Shown here piece after piece: positions 26,801 to 39,300 of a stretch of 64,000 nt of DNA. Below the pieces are notes generated by a model. It was given only the letters and a program-made list of their open reading frames with translations. It was not told the DNA's origin and did not search any database. The translations under genes and the position numbers were made by a program. Every line of letters begins with the position of its first letter. Positions within the stretch are counted from its first letter, which is position 1. Source of the stretch: Antedon mediterranea (Eukaryota > Animalia > Echinodermata); assembly GCF_964355755.1 (NCBI RefSeq), contig NC_092673.1:3844001-3908000 (forward strand), read 5' to 3'.

Positions 26801-27452
26801 TTTTATAAATGTGTTAATTAGAGAAATCGAATAAATGATGGTATTAAATAAGAGTAATGTTATCATTGTCGTGTCATATCGTCGCACTAGTCAATGGAAA
26901 GTCTCTAATGCGTATCAAACAACTTTGCGTCAGGAATTTTAGTAATTGGTAAGATGTTTGCCCTACTCTGACTTATACATTGAGAACACTTTGAATTTGA
27001 GGGAGACTCAGTTTTAGGTGACCGATATTTTGTCCTGCAGAAAGGATTTAAATTATTAAACCATCTCATCTGATAATATTCTGTACTACTAGTACTACAA
27101 TACAAATACAATAATATCATTTTAACTTACATGATCCGTCCGTGTTTCCTTGTTGCAACAAAATTAATAACATTTTATTAACCATGGTGAAAAGAAAATA
27201 GTAGTAGGCCTATGTTTGATCAAGTTAGATTCTTTAAATTTAAAATACTTTTATAACTATAGATTGGTGTCGATTTATAAGATTGTGGGCAAATTGTCGA
27301 AATAAAATAACTGATGTCGTTTTCAAATACTACATAATAATTACTATTACTACTATTACATAACATAGGCCTAATCTATTTTAAAAATAAGCATAAATAA
27401 CAATGAGCAATGTAAAAAAGGAATACGCTCCTAATTCCAGCGTACGTAATTA

Positions 27453-27608
27453 AGCTCTGTCTACAACTAACTGTATGTGTACAAAAATGTGATATGCCCA
27501 TATATGGACATGATGATGTCATATTATTACCATATTTGGGCATATCACTACCATATTTGGGCACATCACTCTGTTTTGTCAAACTGGTTCGATAGTGTAG
27601 ACAGAGCT
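27453..27608. mobile_element. MITE family A copy
   Basis: Same TIRs; TTA/TTA flanks. Confidence 0.8.
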
Positions 27609-28445
27609 TTAGAAAAAGAGATTAATAACTTTCTCTTAACTTCAATCAAGCAAAATCAAGGGAGAGATTTGATCACGTCGAATAATGTGATTGTTGCTTT
27701 CAGACTCCTCAGATAATAGGTCGAGTTCACACATGCAGAAAAAATGTTGTCTCCGGTTTAGAGAGCTATGTCACCATATGTTTGAGGAGAATGTTCGATC
27801 ATTTTCTTTTTTACTAAAGTTAATGGATTCGTTGTCATTATAATAACCATCATTGTCTTTTTGTACATCAAACAACAACTATTAAAAGTACAACTAACTG
27901 GTTGCGTTCTCATGTGTGATTGATGTGTGAAGATTATATAGAAGTACATGAATTAATGATGCAATCCTGATAAGAACGAAATGAGAACAAAATGTTCGCT
28001 AGTGTGTAAATTTACTATGTTTCCGAATTTCAATTCGATTATCTGTTTTTGTTCAAACTTTATGAAAATTGTCCACGCGCACCTTTTGTTGGATATTGTC
28101 GAACTTTGTTAGTGAAACAGGAGAATTACGTTTTTTTCGTCCGAATTTCAATGGAATATAGGCCTGTATCAAGCATATTGTTGTATATAAAACTTTAGTT
28201 ACCAATAACGTCGTCTTTAAAAATTTGACTATTTGTTCATTTTGTCGCCTCCAAATTTAGAATTTTGCACTTATAGGAATGTATCGGTACATATAGACCT
28301 ACATCTAAAGTTTGGTAATGTCTATTTCGTTCGTACACCACTACGGTTCAAATTGGAAATTTGTAGGCCCCTTTAATTGTACAAGATACATATAGGCCTA
28401 AACTTAAAAATACAAGTATTTAGTTGCTTTATGTAGCCTACATAC

Positions 28446-28527
28446 CTTCACCAATAGAAGCAGAATTCGTTAGTATGAATGCATTTAATAAACACACCGT
28501 AAACAATAGAGCAAGTGCCTTATTCAT
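28446..28527 (-). CDS. Candidate signal-peptide exon of a small secreted protein gene (MNKALALLFTVCLLNAFILTNSASIGE); downstream exons unresolved
   Basis: Strong acceptor (tcttcttcttttctatag at 28533), ATG at 28527, hydrophobic core and donor G|gtatgt at 28445. An upstream non-coding exon ends at a perfect gtaagt donor (28976), with TATAAAA at 29048-29054. Confidence 0.5.
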
Positions 28528-29047
28528 AATTGCTATAGAAAAGAAGAAGAACATACGGTATACAAAATAGGCTACAATTACACATCAATACAATATAAAT
28601 AATAGATAGTTACACTAATGATAAATGCATTGCGCACATAAGCCCTTTCCTATAATTCTGCCCTTTTCCAATTACATTGGCCTCCAAGATTCAATTAATG
28701 TTGTGTTTCGTTGGTAAAAATATGAAATAAAATACAAAATCGTGGCCAACTTAAAACCATCATCCTAATTATAGGATCCAGATATTGAAAATCCTAAGGA
28801 ATGCTAAGCGTCAATTACCGGTACATGTCACTCCACGGTGAGGTAGTAACACTTATAAAACAAAGTTCGCCAACTATTTTAAAAAAACAGGCCTAATGTC
28901 CGAATGTGATCAACAGAGTTATGAGTCACTAACTCTCTAAAAATAAAAATTATTTTCCAATGTTCCGGTAACTTACCAAATAAGATGTATCGTTGCTGCC
29001 GTAGAATTAAAGTCGTATTGTAAAATAAAGTCCATTTCAAATACAGC

Positions 29048-29054
29048 TTTTATA
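29048..29054 (-). promoter_or_regulatory. Candidate TATA box of the small secreted-protein gene
   Basis: TATAAAA on the minus strand about 70 bp upstream of a consensus donor, implying a first exon of about 45 nt. Confidence 0.4.
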
Positions 29055-30373
29055 TGTATGTGTAAGAGCGGCAAGACGCTCCATTACTTTTGTTATTACT
29101 ACTACTTAATACCCATGCATAATCATCAAGTCATTAATGCAAAGTTTATGATTGCTTCGTTGTGTATGTATATTCATGTGTAATTATATAGAAAATTGTC
29201 ATTTCATGGGTCATTTAACTTAAGCCTATTTTCGCCCCGATATACTTTAGTAAAAACATCATGTAGGTCAAATCAAACACTCTCCCGAAATTTATAATAG
29301 TTCTTTATTGTGTAAAATGCTAACATTCAGTTCCTGATGTATCGATGATGCTGGTATTATAGACCTAATTTGGACATAATGATGTCATATCACTACCATA
29401 TTTGGGCATATCACTACCATATTTGGGCACATGACACTTTTTTGTCAAACTATAGTTTGATAGTGTAGTCAGAGCTTAAAAACGGTACGGTAGCTATTAG
29501 CAATAGACAATATCATTAAGACATGGTACTACTATCCTTTAGTTTCTTTTATCCATATCTCAGAACATCTGGCGGCAGTCTTTCTAAACCTCATTCACAC
29601 TGATACCGAAATCCGACGAAAACTTAGGTTACGGTTCAGGCGTTTACTCGAACGTTTTAAAATCCGAAATGTGATCTTTTCTTGAAAACTGCATCAATTT
29701 TCACGATTTATTCGGCCATGCCACCGGGAGTGTGAACAGCTTTACATCCAGTATTGGTAATCATTTATATAGGGCAGCACCATGATCACCGTCAAACCTC
29801 ATTTATGTAATTCCTCAACATGATGCTAAATAGTATGATGGGTTCTTCAATTTGTATTTATTCCTTTCACATCAAAATGCACTTTATAATTAACATCTTC
29901 GATGTTTCGTTGTTTTATGATAATTGCATTTTTAATAACAGTAGGTTTTATGTGGTAAACACACAACTAATGATGTATAAAATTGTACGAACATCACACA
30001 CTAATCGTACCATTGCCTATTGGGACACTTTACAGACACCTATGTTCATAAACAAGTTTGAGGTTGGCGTAGGAATCACATCAAAATGACCAATGTGGTA
30101 CCGGTATGTCTGGATCAATCCGTTTACGAAGATCCTACTTAAAATTCCTCCGCACGTAATGCATACTTCCCGATTGTTTTGGGTGCGGAATTAAAAACTG
30201 AAATAAAAAAGAATATTAATTATGCGTTGAATTTAATTAAAATGTAGTATATGCCTAATTATTGTATTTTTCCAATATATGTATCGTAATTTAATTTAAT
30301 GTATTGTTTCTTTTGTACTCCGTCGTAATTACGTTCTTTGTGATGCAAGCAGTGTTACGTGGGTCATAACTTA

Positions 30374-30552
30374 AGCGTGGTTCCCACTAGCGACGCAACA
30401 CAAGGACGTAACGCAACGCAAGTGAATTGACCAATCACAAGCGATGGCTTATTCGCTTGTGATTGCTAACTGTATATAACTTCGCTTGTCATTGGTTAAA
30501 ACGCTTGCGTTGCGTTTACGTCCTTGCGTTACGTTCTAGTGGGAACCAAGCT
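30374..30552. mobile_element. Harbinger-type MITE family B copy
   Basis: TTA/TTA TSD; reverse complement of 795-972 with very few differences. Confidence 0.85.
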
Positions 30553-31559
30553 TTAATTTGCATTTACGGTCTATTATGTAAATTACTACCGGCAGGACGT
30601 GTGGCACAGCGTCAAGTTCAAAGCGACATTTATCTACTTCAAGAAAAGAAATAAGAATGCTTGTGGAAGAATTGATATTTAAACAGACAGATAAAAAATA
30701 AAAAATTATCATAGGTAAGCAGTCCGTCTTTTGGTAAACATATTGAAGTTTACAATAGAAAGGCAAATTTCAGGAATATAAAATTGTTGTTTTTTTGTTT
30801 TTAGGGAAATTGGTGGCGACCTTGTTCACAAGACAAACATACACAGAAGATGCTTCTTGTCTTATTAGGCCTACAAGTCTTTGGGAGTGGAGTTGTAATC
30901 TGTCGTTAGAACAAATCCTGACATGTGACGGGACTTGAACCAAGGACCCTTGGAGTGGTAGCCAAGCATCATAACCTCCACTTGGAGCAGCATTGTGGGT
31001 AATAGTGGCTGGATGATGATGAATAAATACGCAAAAAGAAATAAACGGAAACTGGTAGAGATACCGTCTTTAATATTTAATAATCATATTATTATCAAAT
31101 AATATTCACACGATCAAGCTTCTAAAATATGTTCTTTCTAGTCAACCATGTGATTCCAAAAAAGGAAACACTTAAGGTTGACAGAATGTCTCCACATTTC
31201 GCTACAATTCTTCTCTGCAAACCTAATTTTACTGAAGAGTTTTAATCGCCATGCAAACCTTTAAACAATGCACACTTTATATCATGCAAACAAAATTAGA
31301 GGTAGGTAAATATTGCGGTTATATATTTTTTTATTTAATACGCATCCAACAGCGAGTAGCTCGTCAATTACAGGATGGATAAACTATTTTATAATGTATC
31401 ATGCTTAAAAATTATGTCTCATTTGAGGGAGTGGAGTTGAAAGAGTTGTGAGTTGTTGGTGCTAGGTCAAGATTGAACCCTGGACCTTGGGATTGGAAGG
31501 CAAGCACATTAACCACCAAGCTACAGCTCCAATATCATTTGTTCTGTTGTAAGAAAAAT

Positions 31560-32222
31560 CTAGAATGTCAAAGTTAGCCTATAAATTGTAAAAATGTTAC
31601 TTGAATGAAACGCTTCTTCCTTGAAGCCATACTTCTTGTACAGTTGTCTGGCTTCATAATTCAATTCAGTTGTCGTTAACGCAACGTGTTTAAACCTGTA
31701 TTTCTTGCTGAACGCCAGTGCGATTTCCAAAAGCTTCTTGCCGACACCCAGACCTTTAGCTTTCTTCTTCACATGAAATCGCTTCAACTCCGCAACAAGC
31801 GGCTTTGACTTCATTTCGGTTATGCACACAGACCCAATAATTTCTCCTTTGTAGACTGCTAATTTATAACAACATCTCATATTTTCTAAGTGTTCTTTTA
31901 ATCCTTGTCTATCCTTTTTTGTCTCATCTTTTATAAAGTTGTTAGAAAGACGAATCAGTGTCAAATATAACATAAAGCAATAAAAAGAAAATGCTCCAAG
32001 CGTATATATTGTCGATCGACTTCCAGCAAAAACAGCACAACAAAAAACAAATGCAGGCATCAGAAATTTTAATGTTTTCAATAAATACACAACCGCTCTG
32101 AATGAAACAAAAACAGATTTTTCGCCTTCAACAAAAAGCACATTGGCTTTTTCAAAATCGTTTTCCTCCATGTCTCGTATCTCTAACTCTTTCTCATCCA
32201 TTTTGAAATACCAAGACCACAT
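31560..32222 (-). CDS. GNAT-family N-acetyltransferase, NAT8/NAT8L/camello-like, single coding exon, 213-220 aa
   Basis: The N-terminal LEIRDMEEND is followed by an internal hydrophobic membrane segment, then GEIIGSVCI, AELKRFHV, acetyl-CoA motif A (KAKGLGVGKKLL) and LTTTELNYEARQLYKKYGF. A 5'UTR intron is likely (acceptor 32280-32281, donor near 32660). Confidence 0.9.
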   Translation of the reverse strand: MWSWYFKMDEKELEIRDMEENDFEKANVLFVEGEKSVFVSFRAVVYLLKTLKFLMPAFVFCCAVFAGSRSTIYTLGAFSFYCFMLYLTLIRLSNNFIKDETKKDRQGLKEHLENMRCCYKLAVYKGEIIGSVCITEMKSKPLVAELKRFHVKKKAKGLGVGKKLLEIALAFSKKYRFKHVALTTTELNYEARQLYKKYGFKEEAFHSSNIFTIYRLTLTF

Positions 32223-32659
32223 TTTGTCAGATTCTTTTCAGTCCGGTTTGACCAAGTTATCCCTACCAACGTTTCGTACCTAAAAATAAAATATGATTAA
32301 AAAAATATTGAATTAATCAATCAATACTTTTTTTTATGAATAAAATTTTAGATGAACAAATACAATTTGTTAGCCGGTCCCTCCATCCTAAGCATGTGAC
32401 CAACCATGGACCAACCTTACAATTAGGCCTAAGCCAAGCCAATAATGGATGGAGTCAAAGAACTAGGCCTAGGCCTAGTAGGGAGGGTTTGTGGAGAAGC
32501 ACCCCCCCACCCCGGCCTACCCATCCTAACATACAATGCGTACGGTAGTCCTAGTCTAGGCCTAAAAAATAATATCAATTTCATAAATGTTAAAACAAAT
32601 GACCTAAGTTGAGAGTTTATAATTACAATAATTTATTATATTTTAGTAATTTTTTTTAA

Positions 32660-33394
32660 CCTGAAAAGTGACTTTCTTCAACAAAACATGAATGAGTTTT
32701 TTGTTTCTTGTGTTGAAGTTATTGTGTAGTACGCCCTCAATATTTTAAAAACGCCCTCTATTTTATTCTGGACCCATCATATCAGAGAGAAAAAAACGGC
32801 ATGCTAGGTAGGTTTAGTATAAGAAAAACAGTATTACAACACAAGTTTCAGTATACTTAGGAGATATTTTACATTTATAATAATATTAATTATATTCGAT
32901 TATAGATTATAATTTCTTTATAATTTGAATTGATTCTTCTCTGATGATCTTCCCAGTAGGTCGATCCACCTTTTTTTAGAAGCTTGAGAGGGCGTATCTA
33001 TCAAATCAGTAATCGCGAAACCATTCGAGTGTGTTACTTGCTCCAGTGATGGTACGGTAAAGTTTATTAGTAGGATGTTTGACACCTACAGTATCGCTCG
33101 GAATGTTGTAGCTGACGTAGATCTTGGATTGTTTTGAGGAGTTTTCTTCCACCATGGTTTGTATGTTGTGTAACACCTAACAGTATTATCATTTTTAAAC
33201 GTTGAATCTTTATTCAGTTGATTTATTTCTGCGATCTCTTCGTATGGTTTGTTGACAAACAGCGCGGCGGCTTCGATCAACTCTGCTGAGCCGAGTAGGC
33301 TGCTTCAAATGAACTTCAAGTGTGTGTGTGTGACAGGGTGATCAACACACATACATCCGCTTCTTTTTTTAGGCTGCTTTGTGCTATTTTAACT
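32660..33394. promoter_or_regulatory. Divergent promoter region, NAT8-like / SUEL-xylosyltransferase-like gene
   Basis: The genes are head-to-head about 1.2 kb apart, with three ACGCCCTC/GAGGGCGT motifs (32731, 32751, 32988). Confidence 0.55.
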
Positions 33395-36300
33395 ATGGTT
33401 TATGTATTTCAAATCTGGGCTTCTTGCCTAAGGACGGTAGTAGTACTTCTAACAATTTCTGCTGTCGGATCATATCCACATGAAAATTATAACCGTTTTC
33501 TTAATAAACGGGCAAACCCCAATGCCAGAATGCAACCTCGAAGGGATCTTGGGGGAATGATGCCAAATGCAAAAGGGGATGTTCGGAAAGTCATGCCTCC
33601 AATGGGAAATGGGGAGCAAATGGGCGCTGGTGCTAAAGGACATAAAAAACCACAAGGACATGCACCTCCGAAACAACCCAAAGTTCAGTATGAGAAAGTT
33701 ATGTATCGCGAAGAATTTGATGTTTCATATAGGTGGACAGAAAACAATAGAGTACATTTTACTTGTCCTAGAGGAAGTTATATATCAAAACTTTCATATA
33801 ATTTTGGCACAGGAAGCTCTCCTGTTAAGCCACTAGGGCTTGGGCCAAGTTTATCAGACATATTAACTCTTAAAGACAAGCTTCAATTCGGCCTAAAAGA
33901 AGATAAGTCATATATAACATTCCTACGACATACATCTGGTAAAAGTATAGATTCAAATTCAGAGTTGCTAAAAAACATTGATGGACTTCAGAAAAGTTTG
34001 TTAACAAGAACTGGTTGTGATCCGATAATGTTTTGTCTTGGGCATCAAACTTGTCTTTTTAAGCTTACCGTAGATATATGTGCAAACGATCCAGCACCAG
34101 GGAAAAGGAAAGCGTTAAATATTAAAGTGACGTGTTCTAAAGACAGTACTCTTGTGAACTACGCAAAAGATACAAAAGAATTTGAAGTTTTACGTAAAAA
34201 GGCAGACGAGGTTATGTATATTGTGTATGACCAAAATGCCTCTTGGGAGACAACCAGTGTTTTAGAATTTATAATTTCGAGCGAAGAGGAAATTTTTCAG
34301 AGTGAATGCCCAAGTCCGAAGGAAGCCATTGATTTTGGGTAAGGAAAAGATCTTTTTATATGTTTATGTACAGGTATAATAACAATTTTACAAGGTATAG
34401 TATAGTATATACTGTAGTAAATGAAATACACTTTCCCTTGATTGATTCAGATTTAAATAAAAGGAAGGATTTTTTCCTTGATTGTTTTTCAGAATTTGAA
34501 ATTTGACGGTATTTTACTGTATTTAAAACAATAGTTAATAACCATTTAATGTATCATTATCAAAGATTATAGTGATTTGTATATCTATCATCATCCTATT
34601 TTAACCCTCTGGTAAAACTGTAGCACAGGATAATCAGTTAGTCAGCCAGATCTATTTTTAGAATGAATAGGATGTATTCTGTCTGTTATAACCATTTATT
34701 TTGCCAGTGTACCTAGTACCAACTACGTAATACTATGTGACTACACAGTTTGAAGATTTGCATACACTATAGTGAATTTATTGGAATATCACATGTCAAC
34801 AATGGGAAGTGTGACGCTATAAATAAAAGACATGTGTGTGCTGTGTACAAAAAAAAAAACCTACAATAGGTGTGAACAAGCCCTTGTTGTTAGTGTTTAT
34901 TACAGTTTACCAGGTACCATAAAGTATTTAAGTAAAGTACGGGTAGTGCATTTAGTAAATAACTTTCAATATAGACAGTATGAACAGGATAGTATTATTA
35001 TGATCTTCTGCTGTATACTAGTAGTGACTCAATAGACAGTATGAACAGGACCTTAGTGTTTTATAGTGTATAGTAGCCTACTGTACTGTACATATAGTAT
35101 TAACTATTATTATGATCTTCTGCTGTATACTAGTAGTGTCTCAATAGACTGTATGAACAGGACCTTAGTGTTTTATAGTGTATAGTACTGTACTGTATAT
35201 AGTATTATTATGATCTTCTGCTGTATACTAGTAGTGACTCAATAGACTGTATGAACAGGACCTTAGTGTTTTATAGTGTACAGTACAATATAGTATTATT
35301 ACAATCCCCTGCTACAGTATATACAGTAGTTAGTAGATATTAGTTACAGTAAATTGTGTGATAAGGAGTAATTATCATTGTTATAGTACTCTATAATGTA
35401 TTATGTACACCACACCTCTATAATGGTACAGTCAATAATGTAACAATAGGTTTAAAAATACAATATTTGTTTAGTTCGTAGTTGGTAGGTAGTTATTCTC
35501 AGCTGGTGTTTAATGATCAACATGCTAGCTATTGAATATACTCTACATAGTCAATAAAATATTTAATAATTATAACCAAAATTGTTTTGAGCTACAGTAG
35601 CTTACTGAAAAGTTTGTAATTTTAGGTGTGTATGACTGATGACTATATTTTAAAATGAAATTATTCCATTAATAATAAATTTTATAAAAAATTTGTGTTC
35701 ACATATTATAGTAACTATATCGTGATAAATACCACAGGATTAATTATAAAATAATTTCATCATGGAATTAACTTTGATGGATTACATTATTGAGACTCAA
35801 GTACAGTTAACGTTAATATACTGTAGTTAATATGCCTACTATTAGTACTACAGTACTTAAAAGGTTTTCATATTGCCTATGCATATTAACTAGGTTGAAG
35901 ATTGAAACTGTAGGTGAATTTGAATATAAATAATAAAGAATATTTTAAGGTTAATTGTCTCTCTATTTTCTAAGTTTAAACTGAATATTTAGCTACTGTA
36001 GGGTACCATGCATGATATTATTTTCTCTATTTAATAATAACAGAATAATGTTAAAGTCAATACATTAGTACTAATAATTGGGCTGTTCACATGTTTCTCA
36101 TTTAAAGACGGGCAGCCACAAAATTATTATCAAGAAAGAACAGCTCATTAAAACTTTGAATAAATTAAGCACTCAGAAACTGAGCGAAATACTTGACAGA
36201 ATGCAGAGAACATATTAAAGATTATTCAAGATTTTAATAAGCTTAACTGCAATTGTAATTGTAATTTTCCTAAATCAATAGGCATGGTCTGATACTGTAG

Positions 36301-39300
36301 ACTATTCATATTTGCACAATTTCCTGATAACAAAGCAATGTAATACTATGAAATTGTTACCATACAGTAAAACTGTCAACAGCCAAAATGATTGATTGAC
36401 TGAGACCAAAACATACTGTACATTACTAATATGAAAACTTGTTACCATTACAGTAAATCTGTCAACAAAAAATGATTGATCGAAAAAATCATATTGTACA
36501 GTACAGTATGCCTACAGTATTTTGATTTAAATCTAAATTGATCTAAACTGCAGTATTGAATGAAATTGAAAGTTTTGGATACTGTACAGGAAAGAATAAT
36601 AATTAATAAATTGAAATATGTTATCTACATTTTTTAAAATTTGTTTTTAGATGTTTTTTTTTACAGTACCGTACCTATCTTGATTATCTAAACTGCAGTA
36701 TTGAATGAAATTGACAGTTTTGGATACTTTTGTTCCAGGAAAGAATGATAATGAATCAATTGAAATACGTTATTTTACGTGTTTTTTTTTATTTGTTTTA
36801 GATGGTATTTTTTAGTAGTATCAGTATTGTATCACTATCACTATTTTGCACATCAATTATAGAATATTAAAGTACAGTTGTATTGGGAATCATTACACAT
36901 CAGACTTTAGTATCATTTCTCTGTAGGCATCCCTATCATGTAAACATGTTGTTAATGAAACTCGGACGCTCTCTACTTAAAGAAGTGCTTTAGCTTCCAG
37001 ATAATGCATCGTTCTTAATAGGTATCATAATCATTAAAACAAATACTGTTTTAGTGTTTGTTATATCTCATTTGCTTTCCTGTCCTCATTTCTAATGTTG
37101 TGCATGATCCAGTTTTCGCTTCTTTGTTTTTAATTTTCATTCTTTGTTAATCTTGCTGGCTTTATCTCATGTTTTCGTTCATAAAACAAATTCTATTTTT
37201 AATTTTAATATTAATTGTTCAGTTGTTTCTTGTGTTCTTTGTTTTTAATTTTCATTCTTTGTTAATCTTGCTGGTTTCATCTCATGTTTTCGTTTTTAAA
37301 ACACATTCTTTTTTAAATTTTAATTGTTAAGTTTCTTCTTGTGTTTTTTGTTTTTAATTTTCATTCTTTGTTTAATCTCATGCTACGTTTATAAAACGCA
37401 TTATATTTTAAAATGTATTATTAATTGTTTAGTTTCTTTGTGTGTTTGGATTCTTAATGTTATTATATTCAGTTACATTAGTTGTTGTTTGTTGTTAACG
37501 TTTTCCGTCTTCCGACATTACGCTTTCCACAATTTGTTTCCATTTTTTTCTGTTTATGGCAGGATGGTTTGTTATTGTGTTAGTGTCAACTTGTCCTTGT
37601 AAGTCTTTCTTTATTTGATTCATCCAGTTATTTCTTGGTCTTCCTACGGGTCGTTTTACTTTCCTGTTAGTTTCCTTCATTGTTTGATTGGGGTATCATC
37701 CGGTAATCTATAGACATCGTTTTGTGTTCTAGCGACGACTTCAGCTTGTTATATGCCATAGCTGCTAGTGATTTTCTTCTTTTAATGTCTTTTTCTGTGT
37801 CCAAGTTACTACCGAGGTATTTGCATTCTTCCCATTTACTATCGGTGTTTCTTCCTATTAGGTATTCTTCTGTTTTACAGTACTTTCGTTTATCTTTAGA
37901 TTGAATTCTGCTAATTTCTCTGTTACATTAAAGGTATTAATATTGTACTGTAGTTAATATTGTACTGTAGTTTTAAAAAAAATATTAATGATCTGTTTTA
38001 TAAATAATTTAGTAGATTTATTACACAAAGTAAACAATCAATTATGCGAATGATATTCATTAATTATTCATAAAATAACAGCTTTAAAAAAAAATGCAAT
38101 ACTGAACTATGTAAAATCAGATGAATTATTAATGATAATATTATGATAATGTACAGTAGATTCTTATTGTAATAATTATACATACTTTAGCCAGACTGAT
38201 TTTAATTACCATTGATTGTATTAAATTTAAATACTGATCATGGTACATTTATACCTACAGTACAGTACGCCTACTGTAACCATGGTCCATGCTGTAATCT
38301 AAAGTAAAAATACCTTTTATAGTACATCTGGATAAACTGGTATTGTTCTTATGTTGGTACTACTATTTTAGGCCTGTTCATATTCGTGAAAGAATAGCAC
38401 ATGACTTCATGAGAAGAGAACATTTTAGTGGGGTTATCCCCTAATCACTTTATGCCCAGTTACAGCAGAAATTTGTCCAGGTATTTAATAGATGATTCAA
38501 GTCTAAAATTAGTAGTGGAGCTGTAGCTTGGTTGTTAACATGCTTGCCTTCATATCCCAAGGTCCAAGGTTCAATCCTCAAATGAGACTTAAAGTATGAT
38601 CAATTACAGTATAACATAGTTTTTATATCCTGTAATTGGCGAGTAACTCACATTTGGATGCGTATGAAAAAAAGAAAATTGTTTAGTTTATTTCGTGCCT
38701 GCTTACCTGGATAAACTGACAATATAGCCCTCTCTCCCCGAAATAAGGATACAATTACGAAAAGAGAAAATCTGTTATGCACACCTATCTTTAATCTAGA
38801 AGCAAGCTTGAATTTTTAAATACAAACCCTGTCTACAATATCTCTAGTAACTTATACTCTTTCATATTTTATTTTATTTATTTTGATATCATCCATCATC
38901 AAACAAACACAGAAGAACAAACAAAGGAATTCAATTATTAGCCCTTTAAATCCACAAAAATGGAATATACATCCTGAGGGGTACCTTCAAATAAAAATTT
39001 ACGCCTTCAGACAAAGATAAAATTGATAATGTCAGGACCAATCAAGATGCTTTAAACAGTCCTGGCTTTGTTTGTATCAAACCTGTTTAGTGGCGGTAAT
39101 TATCGCTGTTGGTTTCGATTGAATAAAATAAATAAAAATAAATAAATAAATAGATACAAAACCAAAATGCACAATGGTTCATAAACAATCTATTCCTGAG
39201 GTACTCACCTTGTCTGCCTTGTTGGATAGTGAAAAATTAGCATGAAGTTTAAAAAAAAAAAGTTTATGAAATGCCAAACTGGTAAATTGCAAAGAAAAGA

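Noticed and set aside
27645-27856. In-frame TGA (27771-27773, minus) followed by about 42 open codons, suggesting selenocysteine or readthrough
   Set aside because: The acceptor is weak, the exon is unproven, and I could see no SECIS or selenoprotein motif. A true stop or a CGA-to-TGA change is simpler.
29740-30197. Minus-strand peptide DLRKRIDPDIPVPHW reminiscent of tyrosinase RIDPxxxLPYW, behind a good acceptor
   Set aside because: Every frame has multiple stops and no copper-binding His motifs are recognisable. A tBLASTn or HMM search would be needed before calling a pseudogene.
38700-38712. CTTACCTGG resembling the U1 snRNA 5' end
   Set aside because: No downstream U1 sequence (CAGGGGAGATACC, Sm site) follows; it belongs to a short dispersed repeat.
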